DNA of 54,517 nucleotides, counting the filler, from Bipalium vagum (lineage: Eukaryota), in the NCBI GenBank assembly GCA_037834085.1. It is 3 parts of 3 records of this genome, joined end to end, with 100 filler letters (N's around TTAATTAATTAA, not from the genome) between each part and the next. Parts side by side here need not be neighbours in the genome. Positions count along the whole stretch, not along the records: positions 1 to 18,524 come from JBBMKC010026456.1; positions 18,625 to 38,313 come from JBBMKC010270001.1; 1 more part is not named here. One strand, given 5' to 3'. The position numbers and the translations under genes are program-made. The notes beneath the pieces were generated by a model, which saw only the letters and a list, made by a program, of their open reading frames with translations, made no database searches and was not told the DNA's origin. This document shows positions 14,901-24,717 of the stretch, piece after piece. Every line of letters begins with the position of its first letter. The first letter of the stretch is position 1.

Positions 14901-17900
14901 GCATGCGATCACCTTAAGTGAGAAATAATTTTTTTATAGTTATTGTTTAGTTTAATTCATCTTATTTGGTTTTTAACAGTTTTTAATCTTATCTAGATTG
15001 TCAGAAAAAAATGATAATTAGTCCCTTCAAGAGTCCAGAACGTAATTAAGTCACAAAAAATTCTTATGTATATTTATTACTAAAAAATAATAATGAAATA
15101 ATAATTTATTAATATCAAAATCAATTATATTATTTTCTTAAGCATTGAAATTTAATTGAATGTCTTATTATTGATTCTAAAAGGTCCTCAAACTTTAATT
15201 TTGATAAATTAATACAATTTAATTTAATTGATTTTTATTAATCAATCTCAAATATTTTATGAAGATCAATCCTAAATAATTTAAACAAACAAAAAATATT
15301 AAAATCTAATTTTATAAAGACATTTTTTATTTTTCAGTTATAATCTAACTATATTTTGTAAAAAATTTGATAATTTTTATTTATTTTTATAGAATTGATA
15401 CTCATATACTTTCTTCTTGGAATGAAATCAACTTATTCGGCATCGAAAGTCTTCTCAATTTTAAGTCAAAAGCAGATGAAGACATTGAATTATCTCGACC
15501 AAATTTAAATTATTGCATCTTGCCTCTAGGGCCGAATCCATTAAAGTTAAATGAAAAAATAGAGCCTAAATCAATGTTGGAAATTAATATGGCAACCGAA
15601 GCTCAAAAAATTATTCATAAAATCAAGTCTTTGGAAATACCATTTGTTCAAATGTGTCGTGATTCAAAATCCACGAGTGCCTCACATCAACTTTATTTCA
15701 AGCTTGGGCAGGGTTATTTGGATGCATTTCCTTTATGGCCATGTAGTTCAGAAACATCTGGAGATTCTAAACGATATGTTGATGAATGGCAAAAGGATAC
15801 TAAAGCTCAGTCTATTTATTTTGATGAATTAGTGAAAGATAATGCTAGCGCATTTCTTCTTATTTGGAATGGATCTAGAATCTCAGTAGATAGTACAGGT
15901 GATGAAGGAAATATTTTGACAAGAATACTAATGACAAGTAGTTGTCATGAATCTCATTTATTAAAATCATTAGAAGAATTTTCAAAAATAAATTCTTGTT
16001 GCAATACATTGTCAGGTAAGCCTTTAGAGAAAAAGCCAATTGAAAAAAAATCAAATTCTGCTGAAATCAGTAAAAAGCCGACAACCCCATCTTCTATTTC
16101 TAAAGAAAATTCTAAATTAGCTACGAATGAAAATAAGACAAGTATCAATAAGAAACCAGTGCAATTAGTTAATAAAGATACCACAACTAAAAGTAAAGAT
16201 TCTAATGTCAAAATAGCAGATAAAAAGCCAGCCGTATCAAAAGGAAAACATATTGATTCAACAAAAATTTCAGATAAAAAAGAAGACTTATCAGCTCAAA
16301 AGATTGGAACTGATGGAAAATCTAAGTCTTCTGTAGAAGAAAATAAAACAGGAAAATTATCCAATGCATCAGAATCGAGGAATATTAAAAAGTCTGATAC
16401 CGGTGAACCAAAAAAACTTACAAAGACTACCTCTCATGACAAAGTTGAAACATCTGAAATTAAAAAGACACCTCAAAAAACTTTAACAACTGATAAAAGT
16501 GCAGATTCTGGAGAAGCTAAGAAAACTACAAAGAGGCCAATTGTTAGTGAAACTTCAAAAAAACCAATACCATCAAAAGCTAATGATATTAATGACCAAA
16601 AGAAAACTAGTGATGTAAAAAAACTTACAGATGTAAGTGATACTAGAAAAATAACAAAAAAACCAACACCAATTGAAAAAACCGAAACAAAACCGATAAC
16701 AAAAAAACCTATTTCAACAAATAAAGTATTGGATGCAACAGAGCAGAAAAAGGAGACCAAGAAAATTATTAAAGACGAAATTTCTGATCCAAAGAAAACC
16801 ACTAAAAAGGCGCTACCAGATAAAAAAGTTGATAAACCGGAAATAAATAAGAAGCCAGCATCTGCAAAATCTGACGCGGATAGTAAAAAGTTGAAAGATG
16901 CTAAATCGACGACTAAAAAAGTTTCAACCTCAAAGGTTAGTTCAACCGTCAAAAAGGAAAATATAAAAGTTTCGGAAGGATTAAATAATAAATTGGAATT
17001 AGAGAAAAATGTTAAAAACGATTTATCAAATCTTGAGAAATTTAAGCAGGATAGCGATCATCAAACAACAAATAAAAATGAAGAAATGGTTCAAACAATT
17101 CATGAAACTAAAGATCAAAGTTTAGCAGATGTTTTAACCGAAAATAAATCTAATGAAGAAAAGCACATTATTGAAGTTCAGAATTTGAAACAATATGGCA
17201 TTTATGAAGATGGGGAATATGATGAAGATCACATTGCAGAAAATGAAAAGCAAGAACTTGAAGATCATTCTCATCCTGAAATTCAGAAAATAAATAATAT
17301 TGGTATAGATGAAGAAAAACAGAATGAAATATCTGAAAATGAACCTCATTTAGATTTTGATAAAGAAACCGATTTTCAAATTTCAGAAAAAGTTATTCAC
17401 GCATTGGAAGATAATGCCGAAAACGAAGAGGAAAATTTATTAAATACTGAAAAGAAAGATGAGACTATTTCCGCAAAAGACATTCCTAAAGAAGATGTAC
17501 AAAATGGAGAAATTAATGAAAATAGACCTTATTTATATCAAGAAACTCACGATATTTTAAAATCAGATGAAAATGAGCAACCACATCATCACGATATTGT
17601 TGAAAGTGAGATTCCATTAAGTACTGAACAGGATGAAGATCATAAAGTATTAGAAAAAGAATTTCCCGAAGACGAAGAAATTGAGCCATCACATAATCAC
17701 GACATTCTCGAATGTGGGGTTCCACTGACTACTGAAAAAGATGACCATGAAATCTCTGAAAAGGAAAATCTTCCTGAAGAGGAAGAAATTGAGCAACCAA
17801 ATCATCATAATATTGTTGAAAGTCATATTCCATTGAGTACTGAAAGAGACGAGGAACATGAAATCTCAGAGAAAGAAGAATCGCCAGAAATTGAAGAAAT

Positions 17901-18524
17901 TGAGCATCCAGAACATCATGATATTGAAGAAAGTGAGATTCCATTGTCTACTGAGAAACATGAGGATCACGAAATCTCGGAGAAAGAAGAATCTCCAGAA
18001 GTTGAAGAAATTGAGCATCCAGAACATCATGATATTGAAGAAAGTGAGATTCCATTGTCTACTGAGAAACATGAGGATCACGAAATCTCGGAGAAAGAAG
18101 AATCTCCAGAAGATGAAGAAATTGAGCATCCAGAACATCATGATATTGAAGAAAGTGAGATTCCATTGTCTACTGAAAAAGACGAGGAACACGATATCTC
18201 AGAGAAAGAAGAATCGCCAGAAGTTGAAGAAATTGAGCATCCAGAACATCATGATATTGAAGAAAGTGAGATTCCATTGTATACTGAGAAAGATGAAGAT
18301 CACGAAATCTCAGAGAAAGAAGAATCTCCAGAAGAGGAAGAAATTGAGCATCCAGAACATCATGATATTAAGGAAAGTGAAATTCCATTGTCTACTGAAA
18401 AAGATAAGGATCACGAAATCTCAGAGAAAGAAGAATCGCCAGAAATTGAAGAAATTGAGCATCCAGAACATCATGATATTGAAGAAAGTGAGATTCCATT
18501 GTCTACTGAGAAAGACGAGGAACA
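5920..18524 (+). CDS. futsch: Microtubule-associated protein 1 (MAP1A/B/S)/Futsch-like, 3' end lost in assembly gap
   Basis: Phase-compatible GT-AG exons 5920-6004, 6050-6133, 7119-7369, 9848-10004, 14200-14443, 15393->18524. Motifs LEILIQP...NWLLEDRVFS, GTLQL...FYIFNEACGQSSLLALNGFNLLIDAGYKRKPEFWNFLQRLEKIDTHILS...NLFGIESLL, LYFKLGQGYLD, LLIW...LTRILMT match the MAP1 N-terminal domain (MAP1B: CYIFPGGRGDSALFAVNGFNMLINGGSERKSCFWKLIRHLDRVDSILL), followed by Lys-rich and acidic repeat regions. The C-terminal light-chain domain was not seen. Confidence 0.85.
6280..7080 (-). mobile_element. Possible decayed LINE RT fragment in futsch intron 2
   Basis: Minus-strand peptides KEVKSVILAWMPSKS and NNFRPLCLLQS resemble non-LTR RT motifs EV..AI..L...KA and NYRPISLL; heavily disrupted. 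Confidence 0.3.
7540..7880 (-). mobile_element. Possible Penelope-like GIY-YIG endonuclease remnant
   Basis: Minus-strand GVVYR ... QHKFA.KSTL fragments; very degraded. Confidence 0.2.
9074..9260. repeat. Dispersed repeat, inverted copy of 3741-3909
   Basis: 52-bp exact reverse-complement core plus flanking similarity. Confidence 0.8.
10920..11130 (+). mobile_element. Possible Helitron/PIF1 helicase remnant
   Basis: SPMVLDTLHRLLRDCIE resembles the PIF1 segment after Walker B (ALDALDRLLRDI); short and disrupted. Confidence 0.25.
17566..18524 (+). repeat. Coding tandem array: 108-111-bp units (36-37 aa), consensus EEIEHPEHHDIEESEIPLSTEKDEDHEISEKEESPEx
   Basis: Unit anchors at 17572, 17680, 17788, 17899, 18010, 18121, 18232, 18343, 18454; the last unit is cut by the gap. 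Confidence 0.97.
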
Positions 18525-18624
18525 NNNNNNNNNNNNNNNNNNNNNNNNNNNNNNNNNNNNNNNNNNNNTTAATTAATTAANNNNNNNNNNNNNNNNNNNN
18601 NNNNNNNNNNNNNNNNNNNNNNNN
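18525..18624. other. Assembly gap with artificial six-frame-stop linker TTAATTAATTAA (18569-18580)
   Basis: 44 N + 12 nt + 44 N, identical in layout to 38314-38413. Confidence 0.95.
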
Positions 18625-18812
18625 TCATCGAAAACTTTAACAAAAGAGTGCGCATGTGCCAGCAAAGTCGTGGAGGCCATTCGCCATCAGTGTTATTTCA
18701 TACATAACCCTAATCTATGTACTTTATATTTCAATAAAAAATTAACAGTTTAATGAAAAAAAACGGTGTTTTTTATTTAATTCAAATCTTGCGTGATTTT
18801 TGAGACACCCTT
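18625..18812 (+). mobile_element. 3' end of a Tc1/mariner (DD41D-like) element
   Basis: IENFNKRVRMCQQSRGGHSPSVLFHT* C-terminus, then TIR-like ...TTTGAGACACCCTT|TA. Confidence 0.65.
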
Positions 18813-18912
18813 TATAATTATGTATATAATTATATTTATAATTATATTATCAAATATATCTTTCGACAAGGTTAATGTGAGTATTATAAATTCTTTTTAG
18901 TTAATCATTTTA

Positions 18913-19908
18913 TCAGGTAACCAAGAAAGATTGTGGACTTTTTTTCCATATGTAGATTTAGTATATATATTAATAAGTGTCTGTTTATTTTTACAAAGAA
19001 GTATGGCTTTATAATGAGATTTCATATTTCGTTTTCATTGATTTTCTTAAAATTGATCAATTTCTATAAAAATTTATACATTTCATTTAAATCCAACATT
19101 TTTATTGATAAGAATGTAATTACAACATGTTTAGTCTATGAATTCAAAATTGGGTCTAACGCTTCAGAGGCATATCGTATTATATCTCTAAGTTTTGAAG
19201 AGGATGCTTTAAAGGGGAGATCTCAAAAATGGTTTGCAACTTTTTTGAACTGTGAAGATTACCCTGAAGATGAATCACTCTATAGGATCCCATCAGACAT
19301 CAACGATGAAGAGGTAAAAAAAATTATTGAGGAACATTTCAAACTGCGATGCCAATAGTTACCTAAAATATTTAATTTAAGTTACCAAACATGCCACACA
19401 CATTCAAGAGAAGTTTCTCAAGAAGAGTGAAACCCTAAATGCTTGTTTGTACGTAAAGAATCTTGGTAAAGTAAAGGAGTTCCTGCTTCAAAATAAAATC
19501 AGATCTAATTGATAAAAATAAAGGGATATTGTTAAGAAATAATGCAAGACCGCATAAGGCAAAACTTATTCGAGAGAAAAAATGAAGCATTATATAAAGA
19601 AATTATGATACATCCAACATATTCTCCTGACATTTCGCCTGCAAACTATTATCTTTTTTCGCCGTGGAAAGTAATTTTCGAAACAAAAATTTTAAAATAG
19701 AAGATTTGAACTTGAAGTTAGTAAATATTTTGTCTCAAAAGATTATAAATTTTGTAAGTCTGATATTCATAAACTTGTTTTTCGTTAGAAGTGTTTTTGA
19801 TTGTAATGGTGATTATTTTAAAAACTAAAATTTAATTTAGGTGCATTTATCAGTTTTTTTTATTTTTAGTAGTCATACAAACACACAATACCTTCATTGG
19901 TTACCTGA
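18913..19908 (+). mobile_element. Mariner (DD34D) transposon, internally deleted, both TIRs present
   Basis: TA|TCAGGTAACCAAGAAAGATTGTG ... CACAATACCTTCATTGGTTACCTGA|TA; HTH (CLVYEFKIGSNASEAYRII...QKWFATF) and HPTYSPDISPANYYLF. Confidence 0.88.
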
Positions 19909-20183
19909 TAAATCTCCAATGCTATATAATAATCTTAATAAGTCGTAGGTAATAGTTTTATTAATTGTAAATAAGTGAGATTTTCATTTTTTTAGAATAA
20001 AATATATTTTATAATTAAAATATTATTTTTATTGCTCATTAATACACAATATCACTTAAGTATTTTTACAAGGTTAAAGTAAAGTAATAAATCTTTGAAT
20101 ATTTAGTTTTTTCAGCTGAACTATGGTGACGTGTGAGTTTTCATGTAATACTTAAAATTGTAATATCATTATTTTGATATCAG

Positions 20184-20850
20184 ATTATGCATCGATTGTC
20201 GGATAGTGACATCCTTTGCCTTAAGGAGTGTGTCAAAATCTTTGAATTGATATATAAATTTAACTCGCTCATAACAATTCAAAGAGTATGAAATCGGAAA
20301 ATGAATACCGATCGACCAAGTAGACCAACGGTCAATGTGTAACATAAATTGATGAATTTTTCATTTATATATTTTTAATTATTATTAAATCTATGAATTT
20401 TTTTTAATTAATTGTTTTCATATTAATTGGTCGTGTGCTTTCCCATCTTAAGATAATACAGTAACTGTCATTTTAATACACTTATTATTTTAGTTGATTA
20501 CACTAAGCAATAATTGGTCCCTCTTGATGTATGGTTTATATTAAAAAATCAAAAGAATTACGGGTACAATCAATAAAGGTATACATCAAAATATAATTAT
20601 TTTTGTGAAAAAGGTTTACTGAAGATGATTGCTTTTTAATATGGAAGTCATTTTACAAAAAGGGGATTATCACCAATCTCCTTTTATACCAAAAGATAAT
20701 ATTACAATTCTAAAAAGAAGGAAGTGAGATTATTTGCACAAATGATTTACATTTATTTCATCTCAATGAATGTTTCTATTTCTTGGCTAAATGTGCTGTA
20801 GACAAAGAAATAACCTCTTTGGAAGACATATCTTTACACCCACATACTTA
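20184..20850 (+). mobile_element. Fragments of Tc1/mariner-superfamily elements
   Basis: 20184-20340 reads VKIFELIYKFNSLITIQRV*NRKMNTDRPSRPTV (N-terminal HTH-like); 20460-20850 has degraded DDE-region pieces. Confidence 0.35.
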
Positions 20851-21238
20851 TTAATATTATATTTTTATAAAAATAGATTAGATATATATTAATTATCTGA
20901 TTAATTTTGATAAAATGTATAATTTTAACCAATAATTTTAATGATAATTAATTAAACCGAAAGGTAAATATAAGACTATTTAAAACTATTTAAAATTATC
21001 AATTTTAAAAAATGTTTCTTGTATCTTTTATTAAGAAATAATTAATTTATAATATAAAAGAAATAAAGGAGAAATTCAATTATTTTCTAAATTTTTCATT
21101 TGTTAAAATTAAATTTATTATTTTCATTTAATAAACTATCCAACAAAAATGATAAATTAATCAAAAAAGGCCGATAACACTAAAATATTGACTATAAGTC
21201 ATTCTCTTACAACAAAATAATAATATAACATATAATAT

Positions 21239-21334
21239 GAATATAACAATAGTAAAATAATGATAATAATTAATAATAATAATTATTATTATTATTTTTA
21301 TTATTATTATCATTATTTTACTATTGTTATATTC
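21239..21334. repeat. 96-bp AT-rich palindrome centred on (TAA)4(TTA)4
   Basis: Arm 21239-21270 GAATATAACAATAGTAAAATAATGATAATAAT is the exact reverse complement of 21303-21334; 21271-21294 is itself a perfect palindrome. Confidence 0.9.
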
Positions 21335-22686
21335 GATCGATTTTTATCTAAAAATCCAATATAAAGCCTAATTTCTTTATCATCAGAATAACAAGCTCAT
21401 TTTATTTTATCTTCATAGTTCCTCTACAGTTGCAGATTATTGTCAAAGAAATGAGTTGCTTCGTCTATCAATTTCATAAATTAATATGAAATAGTTTCTT
21501 TTGTTTAAGTTAATATTCAGTTAATTATTTTCAAATTATCAAAAGATCCTGAAGCTGAAATATTTTCGTTGTTTTAATACTGATTTACTCACACTTTTTT
21601 TCAAAATATCATAATAAAAGGATTATAAATCATAGAATTTCTGAAACAAATTGATTCTCTTTGTTATTTTAATTACTTATTTCAAACGACAAAAATAAAA
21701 TTTTAATGAAAATCATTGAAATATAAAATATTCTCGGAAAATTTTTAATATTATTTTCAATTTTACATTATAATGAGATATTTGTTAAACGTTTGTATAA
21801 ATAATCAATAATGAAAAAAACTATTTTCGTTTAATAATTTATTAAATGTTACTTTAAAAAAATTGTTTTAAATTACTTAGCTTCCAGAAAGTTAAAACAA
21901 AATATCGGAGAAAAATAATGTATTTTTTAATTAATTGAAACATTTAAAATTGGTAAACGATTCTTTTGGTAATATTTTTTTTGTTTAAATTTATTCATTT
22001 TAGAATACAATTTTCTTTTTTTTCGCAAAATTTCTCATTGGAAAATAAATAAATAAATAAATAAACTATTTCATTTTATTTTTCCAAACCTTAGGAAAGC
22101 TAATTATTCTCTTTTGTGGTAAGATTTCTTCATTAATGAGCGATTTTCTAGAAAATTTCAAATTAAATAAGCCACAAATAATGGGAATATGCAGAATGTT
22201 TTTGTCGACAGTTTGTGATAACGTTCATTTTCCATTTCTAAGCTTTGAAGGCGAGGCAAAGTAATAAATCGTGGGATTTATTATTTATCATTTTTATCAT
22301 CTGTCGTCGATATGGAAACAAGATATTTTCACAAAATACTTTATAAATCGAACTGTTTTTTTCCAGTCATAATTTTTTCATTGTTTTTTTGTTTAAAATG
22401 TACATCAAACCTCCAAATGTTAAATATTTAATTTAATGAGTTTTTTATGTAGTTTTTTTAAAGATTAAAAATCAAATTAGCAAGTCTGAAAAATATTTTA
22501 TTTATTTATTTTATTTCTCATTTTTCAATTATTAAATAAATTATTAAATTTTATCAATAATTAATAATAATAATAATTTTCAATTAATAAATAATTTAAT
22601 AAGTTTTATAATGAAAGAGAATAATCGGTGTATTATAAATAAATCCTTAAATTTTATTGTTTATCAATTCGATTATTAATGTATTA

Positions 22687-24660
22687 CAGTACGCGTAAAA
22701 AGTCTGCTTACCCCTATAAAAATACAAATTTTAATTTATATTTCGATGTAGTTAAAAATAGTTGTAAAACATAATGTCAAAGCAATACCATTGGTAGAAA
22801 CAAAAAATTTTTTGTTACCTCAATACATATCAAGTTAAGAATGATAAAGACTTGTATAAAGGACATAAATTAAAATGGTACCACTTATGAATACCTATCC
22901 AACAGATTTCCACAAATAAGGGATGCAAAGTTGAAAGAGGGCATTTTTATAATTTCTGCAATTCAGAAAATGATTAAAGATACAAACTTTTCTTCCAATT
23001 TGAATCCGATAGAACTAACTGCTTGGAATTAATTTGTCTGTTAGTTCATAATTTTTTAGAAAACCGAAAGTTGGGTGATTAGGATAATTTAGTCAGGAAT
23101 ATGATTCAAAATTCTCAATTCCTGGGATGCCGAATGAGTATAAAAATGCATTTTTAAAACTCACACCTGGGTTATTTTCTTAGCAATCTTGGAGCCTATT
23201 ATGGAGAAAAGGTATCAGGCCAGAAGGAAAGTCATCAAGATGACAGATTACTTCTAGCTCCTGAAGCGTAAGAATGCCACAACTATTCGTAGTAGAAAAG
23301 CTCATAGGAAAACTTTTCATTGTAAATAAAATAAATTTTTGTTTAAATTAAGTTTTTTTCCTATTATTCTTTAAAATGTATTTTTGACTAAACCAAATGT
23401 CCTACAGGAAAAAGGACTTCATATTCGTAATCCGATACAAAAAAATTAAAATTTGTAGAGTAGTTTTATTTAAATGATGTAAGTTATTGTAATATATTTC
23501 TAAATGATATGTGTAAAACAATGTGTAATTACATGGTTTTAGAGCAATATAATCTATGAAAATTTAACAGAATTTCAAAGAAATGTAATCGTTATATTAC
23601 AGAATAATGGAAAATCTCGGACAGAAATAGCTCGTGAATTACTTGAAAAATACAGCAAAACTGACAAAATGCGGCATACAATATGTTAGAAAGAAATATC
23701 TGAAAAAAGGATCAGTGCGAGATAAGATGAGATATGGCAGACCACCTATTGTTTCACCACAAGCTTCACGAGTTAAAAGACGCAGTTGCAAAGCCAATCC
23801 CTTATTAGCTGTTCATAATATAGATCCTATGTACAATAAAAGTTCTATAAAAAATGTATCTGTCAGTACCGTCCTGAAAATTCTAAAAAAGTACGCTTTT
23901 CGAAGTTTTGCAGCAATTAAGAAGCCGTATTTGAAAATGCATCAACGTCTCAGAAGACTTTCCTGTGTCAAGACTTACAGTTCTTGGGATACAATAACTT
24001 GGAAATGTGGTATTCAGCGACGCATGCTTCTTTCAATCATCTTCGTCATCAAATAAATTCGAAGAACGCATTGGAAAAGTGCAACTCTTCCTTTAACCAA
24101 CCATTTATGGGACATGGTCCATCCATACATGTCTGGGGCTATTTCAGCAGAAATGGAGTTGGACTTCTGAAAATAATCGATAAAAATATGAATACCGAGA
24201 GATATCAAAAAGAGATACTTCATGACATAGACATAGTTGGAAAAAAAGCAGCATTCGTTATACATAATTTCCCTCCACCTCATAAGGTCAACCAACAGTA
24301 CCCATGCTTTCCTTAAAAATAAAAATATTGATATCTTACCTTGGTCAGGTAATTCTCATGATCTGAATCCCATAGAAAATATCTGGGGTATCCTTAAACG
24401 GCAACTAAGACTAATGAAACACAAATTTGCTCAAGAATAATGGAATGAGGTCCAAAGTAAATAGTACAAACTTTCTCGTAATCTATGTCAGAAAATTGTG
24501 TTCTCGATGCCCAAAAGATTAGAGATTGTCAAAAATTCAAATCGATATCCTCTTTAATATTAAAACTTGTGTATTTAATAAATTTCTTTGTTTAAAATAT
24601 TCTTTTCAATTAAAAGTTGTATTTTTTTATAGGGGGTGAACAGACTATTTACGCAACCTG
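22687..24660 (+). mobile_element. Tc1-family (DD34E) transposon, copy 2, near full length, transposase pseudogene
   Basis: TA|CAGTACGCGTAAAAAGTCTGCTTACCCCTAT ... ATAGGGGGTGAACAGACTATTTACGCAACCTG|TA; motifs GRPP, VSVSTVLKILKK...AIKKPYL, VFSD, VWGYFSRNGVG, LPWSGNSHDLNPIENIWG; frameshifts. Confidence 0.92.
22745..23460 (+). mobile_element. Chapaev3-type (CMC superfamily) transposase 3' fragment nested in Tc1 copy 2
   Basis: NVKAIPLVETK..LLP..HIKL, YLSNRFPQIRDAKLKEGIFI, ELTAWN, LGCRMSIKMHF*NSHLGYF..NLGAY, KRYQARRK..MTDY match the Chapaev3 C-terminus (LLPPLHIKLG...AKIKEGIFVG...LGCNMSLKxHFLHSHLDYFPENLGAVS...RYQG). Confidence 0.75.
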
Positions 24661-24717
24661 TATTATATATATATTTTTTTATTTCCTCTATTTTATTAAT
24701 TTGCTTGTATATTTCAG

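Noticed and set aside
17566-18524. Regular repeats as a CRISPR-like array
   Set aside because: Contiguous coding units without unique spacers, inside a spliced eukaryotic gene; no cas genes.
17858-18580. 240-aa alternative-frame ORF and antisense ORFs over the futsch repeat and Lys-rich region
   Set aside because: Shadow frames: a stop-free 111-bp unit stays open when repeated, and the ORF ends in the artificial linker.
18569-18580. TTAATTAATTAA as a biological motif
   Set aside because: Centred in identical N runs twice, so an assembly spacer. The natural (TTAA)n at about 44850-44870 is a simple repeat.
20116-20250. Apparent small exons cag|CTGAACTATGGTGACGT|gtgagt and the following acceptor
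   Set aside because: The joined frame stops quickly and the downstream part reads better as a transposase HTH remnant.
22095-22118. 24-nt phase 1-1 micro-exon upstream of the TM exon
   Set aside because: Splice-like flanks, but too short to separate from chance in AT-rich DNA.
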